Assembly (NCBI GenBank): GCA_025201805.1
Contig: MU619360.1
Coordinates: 1-64,000, forward strand
DNA from: Parasitella parasitica NRRL 2501
Lineage: Eukaryota; Fungi; Mucoromycota
Length of the DNA: 64,000 bases
Direction of reading: 5' to 3'
A program made the translations under genes and the position numbers. Positions within the stretch are counted from its first letter, which is position 1, and every line of letters begins with the position of its first letter. Below are positions 12,846-27,835 of the stretch, in pieces. The notes under the pieces were generated by a model, which searched no databases, was not told the DNA's origin, and worked only from the letters and a program-made list of their open reading frames with translations.

Positions 12846-15039
12846 ATGGATCGTAACAATCGCTATCCAGCATATGACAGAGCTCTTGGTAGACCCCAAC
12901 AGCAGCATCAACAATACCAACCACAGCAACAACATCAGCAGCAGCAGGCGCCATACATGCAACAGGGAAATAACTTTCGTCGTGATGATTTTGGAGGCGG
13001 AGGCGGTGGAGCTGGTGGAGGTGGTGGTGGAGGAAACCGCAGAGGAGGTGGTGGAGGAGGAGGGGGAGCCATGAGAGACCAAAGAGGAGGGAGACGTCAT
13101 AATAATAATGAGCGATTCAATGATAGTAGACCTTACAATAAGAGAGCTCATCGTCCTCATACGGGAAATAACTTTAGTAGAGTGAAAAGTGAGCCTCAAG
13201 ACGACTCTGATCAATTATATGGTAAGCGTTAATATTGTTTTTCCAAACGTCCTTTCATATTCATTTTTGTTTGCGAAAAAAAAAACAAAAGACAACAATA
13301 ATTCAGGATTTGATTTTGATGATAATAACCGCTTGCCGGCGCATATCGAATCAAGAGTAGCTAGAGAAAAGCCCTGCAGAACATTGTTTGTGAGAAATGT
13401 TCAGGTAAATTTATTTGACGCTCGGCAACCCAAAAAGTCTCCTAAATCGATTGTGTATACAAATCTAGTATACTATTCCTGAGAGTGAGGTTAGAGCTTT
13501 ATTCGAGAAATTTGGCGAAGTTAAGGACGTCTTCAATTTGATTGAAAACAGAGGCATGATCTTTATTACTTTTGTAAGTGCAAGTTGGGTAGGTTTTGTT
13601 GGCATGTCTAACAGAAAAAGGGAAAATTTTAGTATGATGTCCGTGCTGCTGAGGAAGCCAAGACGAATATGCAAGGCATATTTTTAAGTGACAGAAAGAT
13701 TGATGTGCATTATTCTTTACCCAAGGAAGAAGAAGAGAGAGCAAAGTGCGATAGAACGAAAAATCAGGTATGAGTTTTCTTTTCTCATCGATGAGTTGAT
13801 TTCAGATATTAAGCAATCCTGCTACATAGGGCACCCTTCTCTATACCCTTAAAAATGCAAATGGTGAGTTGGACGATTATGAGCTGCAGTCTTATTTTGG
13901 GCGGTTTGGTGATATTAAGGCAATTCGTGTCCCCCATTTCAAAAAAAGTACAGCTCACAATTTCAGTCAGGCAGAAAGGTATATACATTTGAGATGCATT
14001 CTACTATTACCAGAGAGCGTGTGTGATAAGTAGAAGACGAAAAAAAAAAGAGAGAAAGAGAGAGAGAGAAAATGAATAAGGTTCTTATAAGTGGTTTTTA
14101 GAAATCAACAACGTTTAGTTGAGTTTTATGATTCAAGAGCTTGCGTTGATGCTTTCGACGAAACCTATGATACTGAGTACTTGGGCGGTAGATGGGATGT
14201 TGCTTTCTTCTGGGACCATCCTTATAAAGATCGTACCAATTCCAACCAAAGAAGAGAGAAAAACCATGATAGAGAACGTGAGGATTCGAAAGCTAGCAAT
14301 AGAAGAAGAAATGACTCTATGAGACCCCGTGAGTATGATCATTACAGCGGAGGAGGGCAAAGCAGTGGACGTAACGATGAGCGCTATATTCCTCCTGGCT
14401 CCGCTGCTCCTCCTCCTGCCCATCACAATACGGACCCTCGATTGCAGTACAATCCCCATTTGCAACATCAATTACCTCTGGGTGGCGCACCTACTACTGG
14501 CCTTAATAACTCAATGCCAGATGGCCAAAGATTAGAGCAAGCGCAGAAAGCGCAACAAATGTTGTCCATGTTGGCTTATCAGCCGGCCCAACAGCCACAG
14601 GTTGCTTCATTGACTTCACCATTTCAGCCAACTAATCTGCAATCCCCACCCACTGCCTTTGTTCCTCCTGTTCCCCCTGTTCCTCCAACTGAAGACCAAG
14701 CTTCTCAAGTCCAACAATTGTTAGGCTTATTGGTTAGTTGACCCTATTCTTGACCCTATTTTTTCGATTTTTTATCGTATATTTATTATTTAAATATAGA
14801 GTCAAGCTGCTCAGCAACAACAACAGCAACAGCAACAACTGCATCAGCAGCAGCAACAGCAACAGCATCAGCAGCAGCATCAGCAGCAGCAACAGCAACA
14901 GCAGCACAAAGCGGCATCTCAGCCTCCAATTCAACAAGGTGGAGTTGCACCTATCCCAGGTATGGATCCAGCTACCGCCTTATCACAATTAGCAGCCCTT
15001 CTTCAACAACAGCAACAGAATAATAACCAACATCAATAA
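12846..15039 (+). CDS. Two-RRM RNA-binding protein, similar to Mei2-like N-terminal RRMs, with Gly/Gln-rich low-complexity tails
   Basis: EKPCRTLFVRNVQY..FEKFGEVK..RGMIFITF.YDVRAAEEAK..RKIDVHYSLPK and NQGTLL..FGDIKAIR..LVEFYDSRAC. Poly-G and poly-Q tracts. Confidence 0.8.
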
Positions 15040-15466
15040 GCAAAAAATGTGTATTACGAAATACAATCATTTCCTTATTTTCCCAACGAGCTTTAAGCTA
15101 TTTCGGACCAAGAGCTCATTATGAATTTTGTAATTTGGTGTTTATGACGAAGTCGCGCAATGTTGACTCTCAATAAATCACATATTAAATAAAACTATTA
15201 ATGAGTTGTATAATGAAATCAACAACAAATGTCTTGTCAAAATGTACAAAAAATGGAAGCCGGGATGTGTTTTGAGTGGTTCCTTGTTTTTGAACGTACA
15301 GCAATTAGCAAGGAAAAGCATCACAGTGGAGAACAAGTGAGCGTTCTGCTATAAATAGATTTGATTTCAGCATGAAAAAAAAAAAGGGTATAAATATTAC
15401 TTACAAGCGAGCTAAACCGATCTCAATAACTCTTTGCCATATTTTTATTTTATTTTTCTTGCCAAG

Positions 15467-15949
15467 ATGCTGAAGCCTACTTCATTGCCACTGCCACCTC
15501 CTCTACCTCTTCATCAACACCAGAATTCTACTAGTGCCGCGAAAAGAAATAGCGATAGTCTGTCATTGGACTATGATTTAACATCAAGCGACGAGGAATC
15601 AGATACATTGGAGCCTTCATCTCTAAAATATAAGACTGAAGAGCACAAGTTCTGGCAAGTTCACTCAAGCACTACGATTATTTCACCTCCCGTGGTCGCA
15701 TCGGATTATACTACTATCTCCATGTCTTATGTCAATCCTAAATTAATCAAGAAAAAACCACAACCACAACCACAACCACAAAAAAAGGCAACAGTGGCAT
15801 TATCGTTAGCTAACCAAGTTCAGCAAATACTAGGATCCGCATTCGATGAAATCGATGATGAAATCGAACGAGAATGGCAAGTTAGTCGAACAAAGTTAAA
15901 TCAAACTTTAATTCAAGTGCCAAGTATTTCGTTAGTCATGGGATCATGA
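15467..15949 (+). CDS. Uncharacterised low-complexity protein
   Basis: Single exon from MLKPTS with a helical-looking C-terminal block (SLANQVQQILGSAFDEIDDEIEREW). TATAAA at ~15389. Confidence 0.6.
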   Translation: MLKPTSLPLPPPLPLHQHQNSTSAAKRNSDSLSLDYDLTSSDEESDTLEPSSLKYKTEEHKFWQVHSSTTIISPPVVASDYTTISMSYVNPKLIKKKPQPQPQPQKKATVALSLANQVQQILGSAFDEIDDEIEREWQVSRTKLNQTLIQVPSISLVMGS

Positions 15950-16553
15950 ACGACTTTTGTCATGAATCATCTGAATATACACACCTATCCACCAGCTTCA
16001 TATGGTAGCTTTTTGTAAACATTTCCAGTACTATATATACAATATTCAATATGATATCAAATACATATTATATTCTTTTCATCCTTAACTCAGTTACATT
16101 ATAATAATAAAATATGGCATTTTAAATCGCCATTTTGACTCCACGTGGTACCTGAAGTTGCACCATTTTTCTCTAGAAGAATAATATTTATAGGTATATA
16201 CTAAATTTAGAATAGACGCGAAAAGGATTTACTATAAAAAACATCAAAGAATTTGGGAAAAACGTCAAACACGTATGTATGTTATGCATGCATACACCTG
16301 TCTCCAGTTAGACAGTGAGGAGGTATGATTAGGCATACGATATAAAATGCATATAATAGCGTAAATTCAGGATTGCTGCCATTTTTTTCGCCATATTACT
16401 ACTAGAAAATCGTCCTGGTGCCCGAGTAAAACTTGTACGATTTGGATAATTAATTCCTCATAATTGACATATTCGTCTAATGAAATCACGGCATCAAGGA
16501 GGCCCAGATCAAACGTATATATTAAGTTATAATACAAGTATTGGCCATTTTTA

Positions 16554-19500
16554 TTAGTTGACAACTAGCAATATACGGGATAATCTTTCGACAAGAGCGA
16601 GATGGATAGGGAAACAATTACTATTAGAAGGCATTACATTTACAAAGGAAAGAGCGTGGTATTTTTTGACTATGTCCCTCAGCGTGCTATAAGCGGAATG
16701 GTTTGTTTGATTGTAAACCAAATGTATCTATGTGGGAGATGCAATCAGCACACTGTCAGTTTTTTTTTTTTTTTTTTTNNNNNNNNNNCATCGCAGGCAC
16801 TAACCTCTAATACTAATGGATTACAGTTGAAAAGCTCGTTATTAGGATTTTCTGTTGTTGGCGGTGTATGGATCATGTATCCACTAGCCAAGGGTATCAT
16901 CCAATCTTCTCTAGATATCGAATCTAAACCAAGAATACCAAGAGACATGCGTTCTCGTTTGTTTGAATAGGCTACACGGTGGTTCAATAACAAAGCTTTG
17001 GTTTGTCCGTTGTCACTGGTATCTGAAAATATCTTTTTTGTGCTTGTTGCAGCGTTCATCATGCTGGGTGCGTTGGTGTTGAGTACATCCGTCGGTGCGT
17101 GCATGTCGTTCATCATGGTATCGACATTGGTGGTATTCACATAAAGCGTAGACTCTACATCTAGACTGACAATCGCCACCTGCTCGTTACTTGGCAAACA
17201 CGAAATCCAAGCGCCAAGTTCGTCCTCAAAAATGAGGCCCATTTTACATACGACAAAGGTCCAAGCGAATCCTGTACGTCTTGATATTTGCTTTGTTCGA
17301 CTCCAGGCTTCTTCAAACACCGAGGACAACGGTAAATTATGGCGATGATTGTCTAAAACGGCAAATTCGATCATTTCTCCCTGGTTGTCTGTCCAAACAA
17401 TGATCATCCATCTCTTATCCATACTAAAGGCGTAGCCCATGTGCAGCACGGCATGGCTTTCCAGGATGGTGGGGAACGCACTGATGGCTTTTTTCAGTTT
17501 GAAATGGATTTGTGATGAAATAGGCTTGGACAGCACGAATGGCGGTGCGTACAAATCGGATACTGACCTGCTGCTGTCTGACACGGCTTGATGCTGTCTG
17601 CTGACAATCGTGTGGCATTTACTGTACACTGAAAACGCAACCTCCTTCATTCCAAATTTCACGCAGCCGCCAAAGGAGGTGGCCCGTAATACATGTTCAA
17701 TTGGCATTAGCTGCAACACTAAGCGAGCTGGGATTTTGTCTGGTATTCTGGGCCCAAGTGCTGGCGCAGAAGCATTGTATGCAGCCTTCATTTTACTAAA
17801 ACATCTACTCAGGTCCAAGTGCGATGCCAAGTGCGTTGATGGATTGATCATATATATGACAATGTGCATGTTTTCAGCCATAGCGCTACCGAGCGTTGAT
17901 CCTAAAACATGACATTCTGCCATGTAACTGCGAAGTTGTCTACCTTGGAATGACTCATCCTCTAATTGTGCTTTAAGCATATAATAATAATAATGATAAT
18001 GATAATAATAAAAGAGTATCAGAGGAAGACTGATTCGAGACGTATATATGTAGCAAAAATCACTTACGTAAAAGCGGTACCGGCACAAGCCCTTTTCGAT
18101 AGGGTCCAGCGTTGCCCGGATGATGAACGCCCAACTGGCAGGTTTCATAGACAGTACTCAAACCTTTGAAAAAGTGGGCTACGCTGGTCTCTATCGATTC
18201 ATTTTGGGGGTATACTACAAAGTAACTCACTTGCTTTTTGGACGAGTAGGGCTCCAGTCTAAGCTTCTCCCAGAACATGATCAATTTGAAGGTTCCTTCT
18301 ATAATATCGTCTTGTCGATTGACTGTAATGTTTGGTGGTTGCAATGTCCCGAGATTTGGTTCTGCAGGTCTTCTCTTCTTAACCTGGTATTTGCCGTACT
18401 TTGAATGCGCCTGATTCGTTTCTATACAAGGGGTATATGCATGCGGGTTAGAGGTAAAACAGCAAGTGAATCATATATCCCGAGCTTACCTGATAGCTCA
18501 TAATAGTCTTGCACATTCAACGGGCCTTTTACAGTTAAAGTGGCAGGCAGCGGCAATGAATCAATGCACATAGCATCCAACTCAGAAGTGCTAGACTTCT
18601 TTTGCTGATTAAAGATATCGGCCAAGACATTCTTGAAGCTTTGGTTCATGTACTCGACATCGCTGGGAGTAGAGGGAACATGAATAGTATCTAGTAAAAT
18701 CATCAATATCAACTGCTCGTGGGCTTCGTGGGCTTCTTGGGCTCATGGCCCATGCCAGCATTACCTCCATTGTACTTCTGCAACAGATTTCTCCTTCTAG
18801 CAATCACAACTTTGGCGGACTCCCCTTCGTTGGCTTCGAATCCGTTGGAAGACATGGCTTCGATTCCACCTGAAAACGGGTAGCCGCCCATGACAGCCTG
18901 CTGACACAAGTAATCCAGCGCCTTTGTTTCCTCCAGCTCATTGATATCGATCCGTGCACCTGCAACACGAATCACACTATCAGTAACAGAACGAGCAAAA
19001 GGACTATCGTAATCCATCATGATCTGGTCAACATTTGTCTTTGTTTTCATCGTCTCGGTATCAGCATCCAGCCGAGTGAGTTTTCCAACAAATTTGCTTT
19101 GCGCCAAAGACAACGAGTCCATGGTGCGAGTGATCTTGCTAGAGATATCCTCATCGTTATAGTCCTCAGCAGAATGCCCGTCATCATAATCATGGTTACT
19201 TTCATTATCGACATCTTGGTCGTCATCGTCGTCTTCCTCGCTGCTATCCCCGCCCAAGCTTGATTCCTCTTCCTCTTCCTCTTCCTCTCCCAGCTCCTGC
19301 TCCTGCTCCTGCTCCTCTTCCTTCTCCTCCTCGTCCTCACCCCCCTCGGGTGACGACGAGATTTGCTGCTGTATACTTTGTATAGAGGCTGGTTCTGAGG
19401 TGATTTGTTGCTCATTGTTCGAGTTGGGGTGTTCAAACAGCTCTAGCGGCTTGTTTTCCTTGTTGATGGTATCCAATAGTAGCATTTTGCTAGATTTTCG

Positions 19501-21071
19501 TTTATTCCGTTTGCTGGAGCGCACAAGGGGGATGTAGTCAGGGCGGTAGTCTTTGTTTTGCCTGCGTTTACTGGAGAGTGGAGTATCTTGAGCAGGATAG
19601 GTGAATTTGCCGCCCTGGATATACTTGGCATCGTTGACCACAGATGCAAGCTTGATGGGTGCGAATTGTGGCGGAACGAATAGCTGCTGCTGATAATACT
19701 GCGGTTGCACTGGGGGCGGTGGTGGTGGTGGGAGATAGGCGCCCTGTTCTTGTTTGATATGCTCAAAGACCTTATTACTGTCGAACTGGTCGTGCTGCGC
19801 CATGCTCACTTGTAACGGAGTCACTGACATGTCATGCTGCTGCTGCTGATCGAGATCTGTATCGAGCATATCCTGCTGTTGTTTTCGGTCTAAATCCATC
19901 AAATCCTGTTTGAACTCGCTAGCAACATCAACACGATCTGGTTGCACATCCTGCAGTAGATCGTCTTTCGGTATTTCGTTTAAAATGTTTGCATCATCCA
20001 ACAAAGCCGTTGACTGTGGTGGAGCCGGTGCTGTTGTTGTTGGGCCTGAAGACTCGAAGAAATCAAAGTCTGCATCCGTAACACCGAAATCAAAGCTGTC
20101 TAAATCGTCCATGCCATCGTTACCCCAACGGCCGGGCATGTCCAGCACCATGCTATCGACATCCATGCTTTCTACCATCTCATATGCATCCAGTCCAAGG
20201 TTAGTCATTTGCGGTGATTGATAGCCTGAATTATTCACTACGTTATTCGATACAGCCGCCATGTTGCTATGGTTAGGGTTCACGTTATGCAGTTCTTGCT
20301 GTAGGGGATGCTGCTGTTGTGGTTGCTGCTGCGGTTGCTGAGGCATGTACTGTTGCTGATGCTGCTGCTGTTGTTGTTGTTGCATTCCAGGTTGGTTGTG
20401 ATTATCGTTTGGCAAATTTGGCTGGTTTGCCACAGATGCATGATTGGGGAGAATGGGGTACTCCACAAGATCATCAGTGCTATTCGGCATTGAAAAATTC
20501 TCCATGGCAAAATCAACTAGCGATAGACCAGCCTGATGCTTGGGTTTGCTCTTTTGGTGCAATTGCTGTTGTGATTGCTGATGTTGATTCAGGGACAGCT
20601 GCTGATCATCGTCATCGCAAGTATTGCTCGATGAAGAAGGCGTTGACGTTTCAGTTCTCTGGATTCCAGTTGCAGAGCCCGGAGTTGCTACTGATTTGGT
20701 AACCATTAAAGGACTAGCGATAACAGGCTCGTTGATGGCTTTTTGCAATAATCCAGCATTACTATTCTGCCCATTATCTAACGATAAAGTGTCTAGCACT
20801 ACGGTAGTCGTTGATTCTCTTGGGCAGGCATACTCCCAAAAATTAGAAATACGCTCACCCCATGCCCATCTTTGCCATTTGTCTCCCAAATCCTCTGAAA
20901 ATCCTTGATTAAACGCAAATAATCCATTGACGCCTGCCATAGCATTGGGTGATATTCTAGAAGATGACGACAGGAATATCAAGCATGATGGATAATAATA
21001 GCTTTCATCGACTGATGTGGTGCTTTTGATAGCTACTAAATTGGGCAATTGCTGTGCTGCTGGCTGTTTAG

Positions 21072-21102
<31 letters not shown>

Positions 21103-22254
21103 GTTTGATGCATTTGGGCCTGGCGGGCATTGGATCAAACGGGTGTAGGGTATATCTAACATTAACGACCATTTCTTCAAAATCATCTCTTCTATTTGGG
21201 GCGATAGTGGCTGTGCATTATTGGCAATCATCATAGTCTCACCAGTGGGACTAATAATCACTATATCATCCGTTAGATCAGGTCACTCATGGAGCATGGC
21301 CGTCGTCAAGGTTACCTTTTTTACCACGATTGCGAATAGTTTGTATGGTGATTGGCCTTAACCGCATACGTCGAGTATTGGGCTGGAAGATGAGATTCGT
21401 GCTCGCTAAATAGATGCTGTAGGAACAACATAGCACTGAATTCGTCAGCTTGGCAAGGTTTTGTGGTAATGTACTGTTTGCTTTGACATCTGCAATTACA
21501 TCTTGATCGGCGTTTGGAAAGATGTAGAACTCGCCCAGAGGAAACGATCCGTTCTTCTTCATTTGCCTACAGTGTATAGCATTGAGTCGTTTTGAATATC
21601 GCAGCATAGCATCGTAGTATTTGTTGCACTTACACATGAATCAAGTTTCTAACTGATTTGATGAACCACTTGTATTCGTCAGACACTGTGATGGGAAGAC
21701 ATGTATTTGATTGTGTGGAAGATGCGCCGGGAGATGCTGTTGGTGATTGTATTTTCGAGTATGCATTTTCCCAGGTGAAGGAGCCTACTTTTGACTCTTA
21801 CATTCCAAGCTTAATTAGCATTTGCAGATTCGCTGTGTGTATGCCACCGCTTACCATCTAGCGCGTAAAGGTTATCGTTCGCGTCTATTTTTCCCGTGTG
21901 TCTTTCATCGAACCAAAAGACCCATAATTCAAGCTCAAGATCTCGTCCAGGCTCTGTCGATTCGCAACGTATTCGCCAAAAGGCCGGTATACTGTGGGCG
22001 ATCATCTCTGTATAAGCCTTCAGCAAGGCCATGTCTTTGTTAACAGCGTCTGAAGGCAAATGGCCCCAAAAAGTATCGAGACTCTTTCTCGTAACATGTT
22101 GGTTATATACTCTATATCTTATCTGTGATACGCCGCTCTACATTCAACGATTAGTTGCCATTCAACAGACCAGCCAAAAACAAAAACAAAAAAAAACACA
22201 ATGTATCCTGTTTACCACAACGAGTATATTAGTTAAACTTGAATCTGTTAGCAT
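16554..22254 (-). CDS. MED13: Mediator kinase-module subunit MED13 (multi-exon)
   Basis: MLTDSSLTNI.. N-terminus, ELWVFW, FPLGEFYIFP, FWEKLRLEPYSSKKQVSYFVVYP, LHMGYAFSMDKRWMIIVWTDNQGE, C-terminal LRDIVKKYHALSFVN..CFPIHL. Long Q/E-rich disordered middle. Confidence 0.9.
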
Positions 22255-22977
22255 GTCACGAATGTATTTCAAAAGTTCATCGACAATCCAGAGCGTCTGT
22301 CTATGTCTAATTCGTTTTTGACAGTTAAAAGAGCAAGCAGAAAAGGGGAAAATTCGATAGGAACAAAAAGATCGTGCTCGAATCAACTTGCTTAACGACG
22401 ACGTCACTTGAGCCTGTTCGAAAGTGGCTGCCATCAGGAGGCTTTCCGTTGGCACAGACAGCCAGTATTCTTGCTCGTAAAGAGGTCTTGAACGTGGGCC
22501 TATGATTTTGGTTGATGTTTGGTGTCTTTATCTTGGTGAATTTTTGTCTAAAAAATTTCAATTCTAATTTGGAATTTTTGATGCATACATCAATCCAGAA
22601 CACCTGTATACCAATCCAATCTCATATTTGGGTACAATGGCAGAAATTGATTGCTGTAGTCGTCGGCATTCTTTCCAAGGCTATGAATGCATCATACATA
22701 CGGCTCTCTAGACAAACAAAAAAGACGGCATCAAAAGTCAACAACTATAAGCTGCCAATCATTGTGGATTGGGGGAAAAACAAAGTGAAAAGTTCAAAAT
22801 TCAAATCAGATGGAATAATGCTATTTTCAAGAAATTTATTGTTTGTTCCAGTGTTTAATCAGATACATTCATAATTAGGGTTCGTTTTGGAAATCAAGTG
22901 AACATCTGTTCCACCAGGTCCTTTAATGGATCAAGAAGGAGACTGAATCAGCTTGTTTTTTTATCTTGCTTGTCGTT

Positions 22978-23184
22978 TTATTCATCGCTAGGTATGAGCC
23001 ATGTTGAAGGATAACAAAATTTTCCTGAGCCCTCCGCTTTAATCTCGGTACACGTATGAAACTCGACACAGTTATCGCTCTGGCAAGGTTGGAAGGACCC
23101 AATACGGTCACCATCAGCGAATACCAAGATGGATAAAGACATGACCATAAGAAACATGGCATAGAATTTGAGATTGAGTTGCAT
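22978..23184 (-). CDS. Small secreted cysteine-rich peptide (68 aa)
   Basis: MQLNLKFYAMFLMVMSLSILVFA signal-like N-terminus, then C-x4-C-x5-C-x11-C. TATAAA on the minus strand ~60 bp upstream. Confidence 0.6.
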   Translation of the reverse strand: MQLNLKFYAMFLMVMSLSILVFADGDRIGSFQPCQSDNCVEFHTCTEIKAEGSGKFCYPSTWLIPSDE

Positions 23185-23579
23185 GTTAAAAAAAAAAAAA
23201 GGGTAATTAATGAAGGTGAAGAGAACAAGAAAGAATACGATATTTATACACATTGGTCCAACTCATACGCATGATAATTTACTTTCTTTGTTCTCGACGT
23301 CTCGGTTTGATTGAGCGAGAATTGAGACTAGAGTCTCTGTTAAATTTCGTGATCATTGTAATGAAAGCATTGTCTAGTTGCGTAGTCATATCCCAAGTTA
23401 TCAGACCCGCACACTTGCGCAGCACACTTCCATCCGTAAGTATCAAGACCTATACTGCTGTTTGTTTCAGGAAAATGAGAAAAAATTTCAAATTATTGAG
23501 AAACAGGAAATAACAAATGAGAAAAGTTGATAATCAATAAAGGCATTGTTATAACTGAGCGTTAGTGATAGTACTAAAT

Positions 23580-23830
23580 TCCCTCCTATATAAGTACTAA
23601 CTGTCGGATAGAATACTTTGGGATGTTCATCGAGAAACTCTATCGTTGCCAAAACCTGAATGTTGCCTTCACATCTCGCTGCCATACACGTCCACAGTTT
23701 TTACAGACTAGGACGCAATGCAAGATAGATGCTTTGCTGCTCCAAATTGTCAGAGCTCCAAATTTGTGCATAGCCTGAAGCTGATTGACTTGGTCAAGAG
23801 CGTGTTTCCTGTACACAAGCAATGGTTTGG
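23580..23830 (-). pseudogene. Fanzor/TnpB-like RuvC-zinc-ribbon C-terminal relic (frameshifted)
   Basis: ILHCVLVCKNCGRVWQRDV(K)A, then after a frameshift GNIQVLATIEFLDEHPKVF. This fits the CxxC-x3-W-x-RD-x-NA-xx-NI..RP..F end of TnpB/Fanzor1. Confidence 0.6.
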
Positions 23831-24829
23831 AAACAATAATCTTGCACGCAACGTCTTTATCTCAATATGTTTTCTCGCAAAATCCAAAATCCAAAATAAA
23901 TTTCCTATTATGCTTACTTTACGCATGTTGTTTATGCTCGTTAATGAAGTCGTTACTATAGAATTTCAAATAAACTGTCTATATTATAGCATTAGTTTTT
24001 GATTTAGGGTACAAGATTGTGTGCTACTCGAGACACGTTGCTTATTTTTTAAAGGCACAAAGTAATAGACTCGTTCGTTTTGGCTCATTTTTCTTTGATC
24101 CTGCTAAATGGAGGAGGATGAAGTATACTCTGTTTCATATGCATTTCAAAGCATCACAAAAGTAAAGCCTCTTGTCAGTCTTCCTATCCCCATCAAGTAT
24201 TCACTTATTCTCAAGCCTTCTCTCATTTCTGGAATAGGGCCTATAAATAAGTCATCAGAGATTTCATTGTTGCTGAATGTTTCTCGAAAGAAACAAAGAT
24301 CGACTAGCGTCTATTATCTTCTAATTTTATACATACAATGAATTGCTATTTTGTGTTAGTCAACATTCGATCTTCAACGTGGTTTCCTCAAAGCTAACCA
24401 ATGAACCTGTATATCTCTTAATGAGCTGCATATAGACCTGTGTAAACCTTATGTTGGCTATACACAAAGTCAATGTAAATTGTAAGGTCTACATCCAACT
24501 AGTATTTTGCAAAGATTACTATCTTCTCGGCCAATCCATTCCTTGAATGTTAGCATCCACCAGGTATCAACGGTGCTCCTTGGATAAACCATTAAAACCA
24601 TTAGAACCATTTCCACTGGATGAAATGGTCTAGTGTTACATACGGCAAAACATTGTAGTCAATCTTTAACCTTTATACCAAAACGGCCGTCCAGTTAGCA
24701 AGCTGCCAGACAAAATTTTCTTCAATTTTTTATATTTTATTTAAAGGTTTAATACAAGGAAGTGGAAGCGATATACTATTATATTTATTCAAAATGTTGA
24801 GGATGGGAGTTGAAGGTTTCTTTGAGAAT

Positions 24830-26415
<1,586 letters not shown>

Positions 26416-27376
26416 TGTTTAGATGTATAAAAAAGGTAAATAAAGGGAAGAAGAGGGACAAAGTTGGGAGTTTTAAAAAAAAGGATTGTAAAATACAAAA
26501 ATTTAGCAAGTCCTTGTCAGAAATGAAAAAAGCGGGGGTGTGCTGGAAGAACTATCCAGGGCCACAGCGCTGTCCAATGTGCTCCGTTTTCGGCGCATTT
26601 TACAGATTGAAAGCCTTATTCTCCTTTTTTGTGTTTTTGTTTAATGCGTATAATATCGCTAAATTGCTCCTCTGCCAGCTCATTGCTCTTTATTTTGAGC
26701 ATCCTCTTTGTGAGGTGCAAGTGTTCCAATCTTTCTTTCTCTGGGGACGGCACCTGTGGATCTCCGATCCCCCCGGATAATCATATTGGAAGATGTTGAT
26801 CCGATTTGGTGTATGTTGACACCCGCTGGTTAAAACGAATGAGATCCCCATAAATACCCTTTCCAATCTAAGAATATTCATTTTGACATTGCACATCGAG
26901 CTACGACTTTTGCGATTGGGAATAATGCCTATTCCAAGGACATTTTACGCTCTTTGCATAAACTACTATGTACCTGGCACTTTGCTTGCAAATAAATGTG
27001 CTTTCCAGAGCCAGAATTCGAAGCGAGAAAGTCTCGCTCAACCGATTCAGGGGAGAATATGTCAAAGTTTGCCCATGATTGTAGTAGTTATATGCTTCCA
27101 AACTGTGTATGCTGCATTGTACAATCTAATCATATTAGCTTATTGAAAGAGTATCTTTGATTGTTATGAATTTCAATTATTTCTGCTGCATAGAAAGAAT
27201 ATCACGACTCTTTAAATGCATAATAAGCGTCTGTATCATAATTTAACTTCTTTATTTTTATTTTTATTTTTTCTCTTCTCGAGCTATTTTGTTTTTAACA
27301 TTTGAAGATGAGTTCCTTTCTAGTTTTCCCTTGGTGTTCGTGGTGGTCTAGAAACGACAGGCCAGTTGCTAGTAAA

Positions 27377-27835
27377 ATGGCTGAGAAAAAAAATGCATCG
27401 AACCTCAAAAGATCTGGTAGTGAAAATACTTTGGCAGCAACAGATCAAGCTAAATCAGAATTTCCTCAACTAACACAGATCCAGATAGTTCTCATTGTCG
27501 TATTCTCTTCTCTTATGTTATTCACAATATTATGTTTTGTTTTGTTCCAACTATACAAACGTAGCAAGGCCAAAAAGCAGCAAGAAACAAATCAAAATCA
27601 GAATCAGAATCAGAATCAGAATCAATATCAGAATCAGAATCAATATCAGAATCAGAATCATACACAAAGCGAGATCTTTCTCGAGAATGCTTACGGTTCA
27701 AAAGAGCCAATGATTTACGGTGCTAATACCGATTTTAATTCCTCTGCATTTCGTAATCTATCGGCGTCAATGACATTCACCGTCTCTTCTTCACAGAGCA
27801 CAAGCCGATTTCAAGAGTTTTTTGAAACAGATTAA
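27377..27835 (+). CDS. Single-pass membrane orphan with Gln-Asn dipeptide repeat (start could be 27307)
   Basis: TM segment IVLIVVFSSLMLFTILCFVLF followed by basic KRSKAKK and (NQ)n. Confidence 0.55.
   Translation: MAEKKNASNLKRSGSENTLAATDQAKSEFPQLTQIQIVLIVVFSSLMLFTILCFVLFQLYKRSKAKKQQETNQNQNQNQNQNQYQNQNQYQNQNHTQSEIFLENAYGSKEPMIYGANTDFNSSAFRNLSASMTFTVSSSQSTSRFQEFFETD
27590..27661 (+). repeat. (AATCAG)n hexanucleotide microsatellite, ~12 units with variants
   Basis: Directly visible; encodes NQNQ..YQNQ. Confidence 0.9.

Noticed and set aside
10243-14992. Poly-Leu and poly-Ser alternative-frame ORFs (10243-10443, 14734-14937, 14738-14992)
   Set aside because: Alternative-frame readings of the poly-N and poly-Q microsatellites.
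22512-22874. 120-aa ORF upstream of MED13 (..IVDWG..FKSDGI..)
   Set aside because: Possibly a decayed repeat-gene fragment, but too weak to call.
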